A DNA stretch of 64,000 bases, taken from Rotaria socialis. Lineage: Eukaryota. The stretch is taken from positions 1 through 64,000 of the forward strand of contig CAJNYD010000133.1 in NCBI GenBank assembly GCA_905331295.1. Reading direction: 5' to 3'. The notes under the pieces were generated by a model. It searched no databases. It saw only the letters and a list, made by a program, of their open reading frames with translations, and was not told the origin of the DNA. Position numbers and translations under genes: made by a program. Positions 11,805-23,860 of this stretch are shown piece by piece (the first letter of the stretch is position 1; each line of letters opens with the position of its first letter).

Positions 11805-12992
11805 CGTTATAATTCGTTTCTTATGCTTGCTTGTTCAGTTAAAATCAATGATTAGAATAAAATCTATGTAAAATAGGTAATAAATACAACACCATACAAG
11901 ATGCCAAGTAAAAAATGGGGAGGAATCATCAGAGGCAAGTATACTCAGATTATTGATAAAACACTTATTACTAATAAAGCATGATGAAAGCTGCTCAGTC
12001 TTCAGGAAACCCCGCCAGTGAATACGTACCACCAACACAGTAGTATGCTTATGTAAGCTTAACGAAATAGCAAGGTATTTATATATTTCTTCCTGCTCGT
12101 GTTTTCTCTCTCATTCCATTATTTTTGCGTCATATGTCATAAATGTTTTGTTCGCGCGTGATGCCAAATAACGGAGAATGACTAACCTTAGGCTAGGTAT
12201 AGAGCAACACAGAACGATTGCTTCACTAGTCATCGTCACATAGAGAACGAACATCGGACGGCGCACATCGCATATTGTGCGATGCAGCGTCATTACTTAG
12301 CAACCTGCTACGACAGATTTTATTTCGAGTTATAACATAAGAGGACGCCAGTTTGAAAGTTTCGTAATAAAATACCTATACGACAATAATGACTCATTGA
12401 TTGTGCGGCTTTAAGTGGACAGCAAAAGACATAGTTTTCTACATGCTATTTATATTTTGATCTATTTTGTTGCCTACTGATATTAAAAAATCGCTTTCTG
12501 TAAACGGGATGGTGCTAAGAAGGAAAAAGCGAAAACTCTGTACTATAGAACATTCTAGTTTGTCACAAAATTACATTGCAAGATAGGCTTTCATGATTTG
12601 AACTCTGAGGTGCAGTGGAACGTTTGCAGTTTCCCCCTCTTGAAAAGAGCTCGTTGAAAGCAATTGCTAAAACAAATGTTTTTTAAAGTGCTTTTTGGAC
12701 CGTAAATATCTTGGTGGATGTAGAATTCCTTCGTATTTTTCATCTATGTTTGTGGCACATGTAACCAGAAACTTTAATAACAAGAATGTATCCTATGAAA
12801 TTATCTTTTGCGCCTTTTCACCGGAATAACGAGGATATAAATATTGTCTAAAACATACGCACTTTCTCTCTCTCTCTCTCTGGGAGGAGAATGCTGATGT
12901 TTACATTTGTCAAAAAATTAATCGAACAATTTCATGATCTTCCTCACTTTCAAGTTTAGCTATCATCGATCACTTGCGAAGTACCTCATACA

Positions 12993-14063
12993 ATGTCTGA
13001 TTCTACAACACCATTCGTTTTGACACTCAGCTGCATACAGCAAAAAATGAGTTTGATTTCGATGCCGATATTTCTCACGCTTGGAACTGTCGGTAATCTG
13101 CTCAACTGTTTGGTCTTTCTACAAAAGACGCTGCGTTCGAATAGTTGCAGCATTTACTTTGTTGCTGCGTCTATTGCATATCTTCTATTTTTGGATTTCA
13201 GCATAGGTACAAATCTGTATGCTATTTACTTCAAAGATCCAACGACATATATTTCACCTTACTGCAAGTTTCGTACTTATTTTCTATCGTCATGTTTGTG
13301 TGCGGCTCGATTTATTCTTGCATTTGCCTGTGTTGATCGATATGCTATGTGTTCACGGCACTCCCGTATTCGAAATTTTAGTCAACCTCGCATTGCCGCT
13401 TATGTCATCGCCATCATTGTTGGTCTATGGATTCTTATACCAATTCATGTTCTAGTTTTTTATAAAGTCGAAAATGGTCGATGTACTGTTCCTGAGGCAT
13501 ATCTGTATTTCAATGCTGCCTATTCTGTGTTGATCGGAGCAGCCTTGCCACCCGGCATAATGATTGTATTTAGTGCTTTAGCTGTTAGGAGTTTGCGAGG
13601 CATACGAAAAAGTATCCGACAGGCTATTGTACAAGTAAATAATGCTAGTATTAGGGATTCCGCGACCACTACACCGATGAGTATTCGAATAAAACAGCAT
13701 GATCATCAACTGCTGAAAATGCTTTTAGTAGATGTCATACTCTATTGTCTATCCAATATTCCACCACCAATGAGCAATATATACAGTTCGGTTACATTGA
13801 AATGGAACAAGACTCCGGAACAAATTCAACTACAAAATTTTTTTACTTACTTGGTCTCTCAATTTTTTATATATTTTAGTACATCGGCTTCGCTCTATAC
13901 TAATCTCATGATATCGAAAACATTTCGACATGAGCTCATATCAGCTCTCCTTCGGCATTTCCTATCGACAAGACGCGTTCTAATCAGAGTGTACACGAAT
14001 GGAAATACAAACAACACCGTGAGACCAATAAATGGCATCGTTGGAGCCAATACTGCACCATAG
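12993..14063 (+). CDS. Intronless rhodopsin-like (class A) GPCR
   Basis: 356 aa with seven hydrophobic segments, GN in TM1, a C before TM3, a DRY motif, and FR at helix 8. Confidence 0.88.
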   Translation: MSDSTTPFVLTLSCIQQKMSLISMPIFLTLGTVGNLLNCLVFLQKTLRSNSCSIYFVAASIAYLLFLDFSIGTNLYAIYFKDPTTYISPYCKFRTYFLSSCLCAARFILAFACVDRYAMCSRHSRIRNFSQPRIAAYVIAIIVGLWILIPIHVLVFYKVENGRCTVPEAYLYFNAAYSVLIGAALPPGIMIVFSALAVRSLRGIRKSIRQAIVQVNNASIRDSATTTPMSIRIKQHDHQLLKMLLVDVILYCLSNIPPPMSNIYSSVTLKWNKTPEQIQLQNFFTYLVSQFFIYFSTSASLYTNLMISKTFRHELISALLRHFLSTRRVLIRVYTNGNTNNTVRPINGIVGANTAP

Positions 14064-14867
14064 ATTGTTCAAACACATGGAAATCTGATGGGACCTGCTT
14101 TACACGAAATACGTAGACACTAACTTTAAAAACTTTACACCTCGCTTTTCACATATTTATCTCCTAGATGTTGTATTTAAAAGAGCAATTAATAAACTGA
14201 GCCTCGTCTTATCATCAAATATATGATACACGTGTAGTGTCTTCTAGCTGTAATGTTAGGGAACGGTTTAATCTAACGTATTTAACTTGATATTCTATGT
14301 TTTAATCAAAAATATACTAGTGTTACATATATCGTTTCTAGTTTCTCTAAAACTATTAGACTTTGAATAATAAAACGAAGTAAAATATTATGAAACTTAA
14401 AATAAACTAAATTGCAGTATATGACACAAAATGAGAATCAACTTCAACTAGATAATTCAATTTCATTATACGCCAATGTATATCGTTCAATGAATATTCT
14501 TCTTATGCTGAGAAATTATCACAATCAATTATGCAATTCAATTACCTAATATATCTATACATACTTTCATTGGTAGTCAACGAAAAAAAAAAGAATACGG
14601 AATTTGCACAATCACTAATGTTCATACTATCTTAGACATGTATACATACAATTCTTTCGTTTTAAATGATATTTCTATTCGATGTATGAGTCATAATTCA
14701 AGTCTTTTATACATTCTCTCAGCCTGTGATAATTATTTCAAATTAAAAAAAAGAAATTAATGAGATCATGAGAGTCTATCAAAGACATATGTGTATTCAT
14801 AAGATATAAAAGATGGCGACAAGAGTAGTTAACAGCTGATAGTTCTTTTCTTTCACAATGCAAGTTA

Positions 14868-16244
14868 CAGTGGTGTGCAAAACAATTGCCGTAAAATTTC
14901 AGAATTTTTTCTTCTTTTTCAGTAACAAAAAAAAGAATTTTTTTTGCAAAATTTTACACATATAGTATAGTACAAAGCTAGTGTTACGAGGTATGTTCAG
15001 ATTTCCGAAAAAGGAAATTACAGAAATTTCCGAAGCTTCCATCAACTCGATTACTACATAGCAAAGCAAATGAAAAGTTTTTGAAAATATTTGAAAGTTT
15101 AGAAATTTCGGAATCTTCTGTAATTTCGGAAATTTCGCTGTGTACAGAATTTTGGAAATTTCAGAAATTTCGGAAATTGTATAATTTTGGGAAATACCAA
15201 ACAATTTAGAACACAAGTACTTGAAATTTCCAAAACTTCCGAAATTTCCTTTTTTGGAAGTCTGAACACTGCTGAGTGTTACTTGGCCAATCAATCGTTT
15301 CGGGTACTTCCTTTTCCAAGAATTGTTTAGCTATTTTACTGGTGTGTTTTGGGGTCGTTGTCTTGTTGGTATCATCAACGACTCCCAAACTATTTTCTTG
15401 CACCAGTAAGAAGATGTTTTAGAAGTATCTCGGTATAGAGAGGTCCATCCACGTTGTTGTTCGAAACGAATAAAATGATATTTGACCTTTGTTGCTAAAT
15501 GCACTCCATACCATGATTTTTTTGTTTGTTTTTTGGAATTCTTTTTTTTCCTTCTTGAGCATGTTTTGGACCAACGACGAATTGTGTTTCGGAATAATTG
15601 ATACGATGTTTCGTTAGAGAACACTGTTCGATTGCAATTGTCGTCTTTATGTGCCAATGCCCGTTGTACACATCTTTCTTTTTGTTCATTTGTCAACATT
15701 GGAGTTCCTCGTGGTAAAGCATTTTTATAACCTAAACGATGTAGCTGTCGTTGCACTGTCTATCGAGATACTGTCAAATTTCGATTTGATTGAAGTTTTT
15801 CAATAATTTTCTGAGCAGTTATTTCATTGTTTCTTCGAGCCCATTGCCCTATTGCTCGATTATCTTCAAGTGTGATCTTCCGTGGTCGACCATTACCACG
15901 TCGATGTTCCACTCCACCTTCTTTCTTAATTTTGGCCAGATTATACTAGACAGTACGGACAGGAATCTTTGTTTGTCGAGCAATTTCAGCAGCACAACGA
16001 TGACCCAGATTGTAATAATGTAATGTCACTGATCAATGTGGAGATAGATGGTTGTTATTTACTTTCAATTTCATTTTTATTTAACCAATAGAGACTTCGG
16101 AAAGAATGTAACCCTACATCATATTTATAGTACCTAACCTATATGTTCGACAATGTTCTAGAATATTCCTCTCTAGATAAGCAAGAAAAAAGATCGAGAA
16201 AGTTCGTATAGATAACGGCAATTTGTTTTGGATGCACTCCACCG
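14868..16244 (-). mobile_element. Decayed Tc1/mariner element with frameshifted transposase
   Basis: TA|CAGTGGTGTGCAAAACAATTGCCGT at the left and ACGGCAATTTGTTTTGGATGCACTCCACCG|TA at the right. Minus-strand fragments include R.LHRLGY, TVFSNETSYQLF, PKHTSK and IDWPSN. Confidence 0.85.
14988..15274. mobile_element. hAT-type MITE (GGAAATTTC-rich) nested in the Tc1 element
   Basis: 8-bp TSD AGTGTTAC at 14980-87 and 15275-82. TIR core TGTTCAGA[T/C]TTCC[G/A]AAAAAGGAAATT at both ends. Confidence 0.8.
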
Positions 16245-16965
16245 TATCTTTAAATTATTGTCTTCTGTGACTGAAACTATTCATGGCGAAGATCCATATG
16301 TTTAGACCGATTCTCAGCAAGCCGTATACTGAGTAAAAATGATTATTTCGAAGATTGCATCTAGTGCAATTGTTCGAGTGACGATCTAATTTTAGTTTTC
16401 CCATGTTCTCTGACTCATAATTAGAAATCATGAAAATGATCCGTTTGAACGTAGTATAATCTTCAACTTTCCCTTCTTGGCCTACTGCTTTTTAATTAAT
16501 GTGTGGTTGGCAAAAATATCTGTTTGCACATACTGTTTAACTCTCTTTCTGGCTTTCTTCATGTAATAATATACTTTCACTATCTAAAATTACAGAAGTA
16601 GAATAAATTACAATGACAACCTCATGCTGTTCAAAATAATGACGTAGATGATTCTGATGGCCAAATACAAGAAAATGTGTATAAAAAATCGGTCATCAAA
16701 AACAATTACTGGTTCTTGCCCGACATTTAATTAACAATATACCAAGTTTGACAGATCTTTTCTATCAAATAAATTGAAGCATTCGAATTTTGAATGGTAT
16801 TCAAAAAGAGGATGTCAGATACAAACAGATTTGACTTAATGACTGTTCTGTTTTAGTCGTTAATGATTGCGATCAAAGCTTTATTTTATTTTATTTAGGA
16901 GTGGTAGATATCAAAGAAGAATACATTCAAAAATCAGACAGTGCGCTTTTTCTTTAAAGTAGATT

Positions 16966-17420
16966 GAGGTATGTTCAGATTTCTGAAAGAATAAATTTCC
17001 GCAAATAACAAATATCTATCACACTATTAGAAAACGCACAAGAGTGCCAACAGAAATTTCCTTGAAACTTTCGTAATTGCCATTACGTTCAAAAAAAAAT
17101 TATTAGAAAAAACCATAATTTCAAGTGCCACCCAAAAAAATATCCTGGGAATTTCTGAAATCAGCTTCATACACAAAAAGAAATTTCCCGTTAATTTCGC
17201 AAATAGCTAATGAAATGGAAGCAAATTAGAACCAAAACACAGAGTAGATTCTCGAGTACTTCCGCCATTATCTGGAAATTACGGCAATTACGGAAATTCC
17301 TAGAAATTTTTCTCATTCTTCAGGGTCGGATCTCTAAATCTGTTTACATATTTTTTCTTAAACCTATAGGATATTAATATAGAAATTATAGTAATTTCCG
17401 GAATTTCCGAAATCTCCAGA
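16966..17420. mobile_element. Second, related GGAAATTTC-rich element (left end and interior)
   Basis: Starts GAGGTATGTTCAGATTTC, identical to 14988, with internal GAAATTTCC/GGAAATTAC motifs. Right end not identified. Confidence 0.6.
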
Positions 17421-17461
17421 AAATTACTTTATTTTGGTTTTGGCTTATAGTGAATAATATT

Positions 17462-17714
17462 ACGTTAGGGAAGTTAGCACAAGATTCGAGTTTTTCCAGC
17501 CCGGATTCGCCTATATGGTTGTGTTGAATTTCATTTTCATTGTGTTGGATGCAGAATTTTGCGCTGAATCGAATNCGGTAACCCCCTTCTAAAATTGCAC
17601 CATTCGATTCAGCACAAAATTCTGCATCCAACACAACGAAAATGAAATTCAACACAACCATATAGGCGAATCCGGGCTGGAAAAACTCGAATCTTGTGCT
17701 AACTTCCTCAACGT
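17462..17714. repeat. Near-perfect ~113-bp inverted repeat around an assembly N (probable TIRs of a collapsed transposon)
   Basis: GGAAGTTAGCACAAGATTCGAG...GCTGAATCGAAT, then N at 17575, then ATTCGATTCAGC...CTCGAATCTTGTGCTAACTTCC. Confidence 0.8.
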
Positions 17715-18931
17715 CCCTTTATCAAATATACTTCACAGTGAATCAGACTGAAATTAAACTTAAGCACTAAATTTTTAATCGCTGAGTCTCTGCTTTCTTT
17801 TTATAGTTAACTCTACGTGTATATGTATGCTGGAAATAAATCTACAAAAATGACTACACACTATTATTAAGATGCTTCACACTCTTGAAATTTTAATAAA
17901 TATGATATCCAATCTCTTATTTTCATCTACGTCAAAATAGGACACTGGAGACTTCATCATGAAAACTACCTGTAGATAGTATTTCAGACATATATATTCT
18001 CGTTTATTTTGATTGATACCAGTTCATTCAATTTTACCTTGAATATCATTTTTTCTATTGACTCCTTTTCGAAGAGCTTCAAAATTCATTATTCATTATT
18101 GAAAGTTTTTATTGACAAATACTTTGTGAAAATATATCAGCTCATTCCGTCGATATGAATGTTTTTTTTTCTTTGTCATTCTATTATCAGTTGTTTTCTC
18201 CTTTGATCAATCACAAATGAATAATAAAACGTAATGGCATTCTCGAAGCATTTTGAAAGAGTTATCATTTACTCTTGCAATAGTCAGACGAGTATGAAAC
18301 AGAAACAAAAGAAGAATTATAGGTGGGCAACCTGTTGGTTCACTGTAACCCAATGCATATTATAGCTACGTCAACAACCGTAGGAGGAAATGTCGACAAA
18401 TTAGTTAACTCTAAGAAAATATGTCCACTTGGGAATTTAAATAGCAAAAGATTTCTCGTGTCGTAATAAGAATATAAATTTTCTTCACAACATCTGGGAT
18501 TTTTTCATTTATAGAAAATATATGAGCTTCAATTCTTTTATTTATCTAATCGATGATTAATTTTATTTTCTGTACACTCTATTCTTATTGATAAGATCAA
18601 TAGAATAATATCAATCTCAACAACTTGTCTTTCTCCTGGTTGTAATCTTGTACAGTTCTTATCATGACAAACGTATTGTGAGATCAATTTTAAGAAACAA
18701 AGAGTAATGTTAAATACTCTTTATTAGATCGTACTATAACTTGTTGAATAAATAATTCGTTATTATTCTATGGAGGTCGATCTATTAGAAAAAAAAATTT
18801 ATGAACAAAATGGAGAATTTTTCTTCATTGACTACAAAAATGAGTCGATGGAACGGGACTGAACCGTTTTATAAAAAACAATCCAACATTTTATTCATCA
18901 CCGGTTATTTATGTCTCTTCAATAAATATGA

Positions 18932-20156
18932 TTATTTCATTTCATAAATTGGTGAGGTTGATAGAAGTAAATATTCACTTGTCAATGTTCCACAACTCGA
19001 CGTATCTGTTGTCGCAATTGGTAATGTTTTAGGTGGTGTACCATGCGAAATTGTACTAACTAATGTTGGACATAAACTATCAACACTCAGTGTTGAATGA
19101 CATGTGTGGGTTAAATCTTGATTGATTTGTCGATTCATTGGCATAGGTGATGACATTGTCACCGTTGTAAGGTTTTCGCATGATGCTGTTAAATTACGTT
19201 TAATATAAGCGGCCATGAATGCGCGTTGTTGCTCTTTTGTCAAAGATAAAGATTTAAATGACATTTTACTAGGCTAAAACAAGAAGAAACAAAAGTTTGT
19301 TTTAATTTTAATCTGTATCGTGTCAAAAAGCTCATACCTTATGTAAATGATCTTTACTACGGATATTTTGATGATAAAAAAGTTGTTCAAATAGTAAAGG
19401 TCCAAGAAATGAATAAACAAGAAATAAATTTCCATAAGCAAGGATATAATTATTATTCATATAAAATGTCAATGATGATCTTAATGGAATAAATAAATAC
19501 AAACAAATCCATATAATCGTCGCGCATAATGCAAGAACACTTATTAGTAAATAAATAAGATCAGTTTGACAATTGAACAAATGATATCGTATACTTGATT
19601 GAAGCGAGAAAAGAAATAGTAGAAAAAAATTGAATGCTAATGAGCAAAGAAACAAAGGTCGATAACATTCATCTGTACATGAATTATAAAGATGTCGGTA
19701 ATTATGATGATTATAAAACCAGATCAGAATTATGCTTGTTTGAATTAGCATAGCAAGAAAAAATATTAAAAATGAACTTATCGATACGAGGCAAGTTTTT
19801 CGAGTAGAATTTTCTTTTGTTCGTAATAACCATTGATAAATAAAATGAGTATTAAAACCAAGTAGGAGAAAAAAAGGAAAAATTTGTAATGAAAATGTTT
19901 GTAATGAACAAACCAGCTTTGTTGATGCTGATGGTCGAATAAGAAATGTTATTGGGCTCAGTAAGACAAAAAATAGAAATAATTGAGATATATTTATGTA
20001 AATTGTTATTGATAAATGATCATTTCGAAGGTAAGTTATGATATACGAGAAATAGAGAATCAGACCAATACATATAAGACCAATAAGACCGTACGATGGA
20101 AGATCACTTACGAATATATGTGAAGAAAATGAATTATTTATACACGCCATTAACAT
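18932..20156 (-). CDS. Class C-like 7TM receptor without a Venus-flytrap ectodomain (GPRC5/boss-like architecture), 2 coding exons
   Basis: FLIRPS...C, LIQ..IILIW, C...FLCSLAFNFFLL, CATIIWI and GP match the 7tm_3 pattern. Splices HK|gtatga...ttttag|PSKMSF into a Ser/Thr-rich tail. Confidence 0.6.
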
Positions 20157-20577
20157 GAAACAAACAATCAGAATAATATCTGGAAAAAATCAATAATGTC
20201 TTTTCAAATATTTCCCTTTTTTTCATCAGAACTATTATAAATAAACACATGCATACTATTACACTATCGACAAAATTGTTCGACGTTGTTGTAATGATAG
20301 GTATCAAATACTAATGACACTTTAAAATGGTTCAACTATTGGTATACATACCTCTTTGTTCTCTTGTTCTTTTTTTTTTCCTTTTTTTCGTCCTCATTCG
20401 ACATTTTGTCTGTACGCTCATAAAGAATGTATCTTTTTCTCCTTCGTCTATCTATAGTATTGTATAGTCGCCTACCATCATTATCGCTGTCGCTGTCTAC
20501 AACGGCGCTGCAACTGGAGGACAATTGTAAAAGATTGGACATCTTTAAATACATATGTTTATATAAATATATCTTAG

Positions 20578-20581
<4 letters not shown>

Positions 20582-20608
<27 letters not shown>
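20582..20608. repeat. (CT)n microsatellite (similar runs at 12865, 31278 and 42545)
   Basis: Seen directly. Confidence 0.9.
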
Positions 20609-20612
<4 letters not shown>

Positions 20613-21670
20613 GCGTCGTTCACGTAACTTTATGTTCTTTCTTTCTTAATTCACCTAAAACTTTTCGTTTGTGTTTTACTTAACAACATCTTATAGAAGA
20701 AGTAGTAAAGCTGCTGGTATACTAAATCACTTTTTTTCGTCATCAAAAATGATCGATATTCTTCATCGTTCGTTTTTCTTTGTATTACAAAAGGCTTCAC
20801 ACGCATAAATTATCTTTTCATCGATACTCATTGTTGTTTGTAGAACTCTAATCCTTTACATTTCTAGAGTTTGTTCCTTTAAATATAGGTGTACAATTCT
20901 GAATTAAAGATAAATACTTCGATTTATACAGATTAAGACTTTGAATATAGGAGGAAAACATAGTCAATAGGTGTCTAATATGCTCATAATGACCTTGAAT
21001 GAGAAGCAAGAATGGCGTGAGACTTATGATGTCGTCTGCTCCTCGACTACATAGAGAAATATGTCCTCGTACGATCAGTATCTGATGAGAGAGTATATCA
21101 GGCTCTTTTACCTTGATCGTATATGTGCAAAAGAAAAAGTTATGTTGAAGGTGTGGAAAGTTAAATTGAGGTCAAACAAAACGAGAAAGAAAAGAAAAAG
21201 GAATGTGTGAAGGTGATTTCTCTTGAGACATGATCTTTAATTACAAATATTTATCAAGAGAATAAATGCTTATCAAATGTGAATCATGTTCCCATGTTCA
21301 ATTGTATGTTTATAAAAAAAAAGACAAGAAAGAAACTCTTTACAATTCATATTACAAATTTTCTCTTATATAATCATTCATTAAAAGAAAAGAAAATTTC
21401 TATCTTCATGATAAAACCAATTTTTTCTAAATTTTTATTGAAACAATTTGATTTACTACTGTGGATCAATAAGAGAAACATGATATAGGAAAGTGTATGT
21501 TAGACTTTTCGATTATTCTCAAACAAATAAAAAACCTATCATTCCAGATTACTTATGTTGACTTTTGATTTTGTTCATAATGTAAAGTTTGTAATAGATT
21601 AATTTCTACAAAGTCGATTTTTATTAAGAAAAAAAAATACATCAATATATTTGACTAGACGAAATAATCT

Positions 21671-23860
21671 TTAATTTTGATCGAAACAACCTGGGTTGAA
21701 ATATAAAGGCTATAAATAAAAGCATTAAATCAATTATGAACTATTTTTTATCAACTTACATAATCAAGATGATATTCAAAGCACGGCGTTTGAAATGGTG
21801 TTGACTCATGAGCAGCAAATTTTTCTTTCATCGTACGATTAACCTAAAATTCGAATAGATAATTAAAAACGACTTAAATTAATTAATCCTCTTACACATT
21901 GAACCATTGTAACTAAATCGTAATGCCACGCAGTTCGTGCAAAAACTGTAATTAACGATTGAATAAATACACTACCCTCATCGGGTAAACGCCATGAAAC
22001 ATAATCTAAAACAATTCACTTTTCTATTTTACTTTCATTGTAAATATAAACCAAAATCACCTTTCAACGTTGAATACCATATGGCCATATCGCTACGTTT
22101 GGGAACTTTTGTTATTACATGACTGCCACTATCGATATTTGTTTCATTGATAATGCTATCGGTTGACCATAAACGAGTCGCTGATTCCGAACGATAATTA
22201 CATTGAGCTAAAACAACAAAAAGGATTTGTTTCATAAAATTTCAAAATTATTCTTTACATCCACGACATGCTTGCAAAATAAATAGCTTTGGTTTTCCTA
22301 TTAAATGATCATCAAATACAGATATAATTTGTTCGTCCACCTTGTAAAATAGAAAGACAGTTTTCTATTAATTTGCACCATTGAACAACTTACATCTAAT
22401 GCGAGTTCATCGACGGCATAGATCGTTCCATTTCCGCCATGACTTAAAATAATAATCACAGCACAATCACATGTCTCTTTTTGTTCTTCAATTAGATCGG
22501 CAAAATTTTTTATGACATTGACCATTTCCTAAATCGAAAGTGTTTCTTTAAAGCAGCAGAAAACGATGAAATTGATTTTTTTAACAAACTTTATGAATAA
22601 GATTTCGTCGAACAACAACAACAAAACCCAATTGTTCATATAAACTTTTTAATTTACTAGCATCGATATCTGATCCTTGACGAATTTCCATTGTTTTAAA
22701 TGCATCAACATTATTTATTAATAAACATTGACCACGAGGTCGACTCAACATTCGATAACACTATAGAAGACAAAAACAATCCGTTTTATTTTAAAAAGAA
22801 AATTGACTCATCACAAACTTTATTCGATCGTTGCATTGGATCTAATTGAGGATATTGTTCGAGTAAATCCGATGTTAATAATTGAACTTCAAAGCCCATT
22901 TGTACTTCGTCATCGAATTTTGTTATTTCAACATCATTTAAATTGAAAAGTGAAATTTGATTTTCCAATGATTCGATATTATTATTGAAATTACGTAATT
23001 TTTCATCTTCAACACTTGTAGGAAGTGATACATGTCGTCCAACAGCCGTTGGGAACCGATATTCAGCATCGATTTGTTGTCGAACGTTGCTCAAGAGAAA
23101 ATTTTCATCGAGCAATTGAACAAGATGTTCATTACCTAAAATAATGTGTCAATTAGTAGTGCAAAAGTTGGCGGATGCTATACCACAAAAAAAATTCACA
23201 GGACTTTAGTTTTTTTCTTAGCAGAATATGTCCCAGACCAGTTAGTGAAATTTCATCAAGTACCTTGGACTGGTACTTGGAAGTTACGCGTCTTCAAATA
23301 AAATGATTTTATTGTTTGTGTGACGTGAAGTCAACTATTGCTCTACATACCTATTGAACTGAAAATTTTAGAAAGTCAATAAAAGACTTACCGGATAGAT
23401 AAAGTGCTTCGATCAAAGGACGAAAAGCATTTTTTGCACGACTGAATAAGAAATCGAGTAATGCTCTATTTCGATCTTCTGGTACACGATATTCCTATTT
23501 TTTTTTATTTGAAATTAATATCAAAAAAGTAAAATCTTTTGCTTTATATGGTTTACTTACATGAAGAATACGTGAGCAAATAGAACGTGGTACCACGCCG
23601 TTTGATTCAAGATAATCCATTACTTTAGCAGTTTGACACATGGTATGAATTAATTTATAACGATTTTCAATTAATTTTTTTGTACATTCATCGTCATTCT
23701 AATCAGAATCGCTTATGAAGTGATGAACTATTACAAAAACACAAAAAAAAAACGAGTAGTAACTTACTGGAGTGTCCATGTCATTTGAATGTGGTATAAG
23801 TAAAAGTTTCTTTCTAAGATGTTCGATTAAAGCTAAAATTAATTTATCTTGTTCTGACAT
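21671..23860 (-). CDS. Initiator-type caspase with N-terminal CARD (caspase-2/9/CED-3-like), multi-exon
   Basis: PRGQCLLINN, RQGSDID, ILSHG, GKPKLFILQACRG, STLKDYVSWR...GS and LYFNPG. CARD-like N-terminus (LIENRYKLI...VMDYLESNGV...RNRALLDFL). Confidence 0.9.

Noticed and set aside
12260..12300. Short hairpin CATCGCA-TATTG-TGCGATG as a Helitron end or ncRNA
   Set aside because: No correctly placed CTRR end or other support. It lies in a divergent promoter region.
16280..16760. Weak RRM-like fragments on the minus strand (HLRHYFEQHE|IVKV)
   Set aside because: Multiple stops and shifts; similarity too weak to call.
20336..20627. ERERER and SLSLSL ORFs
   Set aside because: Translations of the (CT)n microsatellite and low-complexity promoter DNA.
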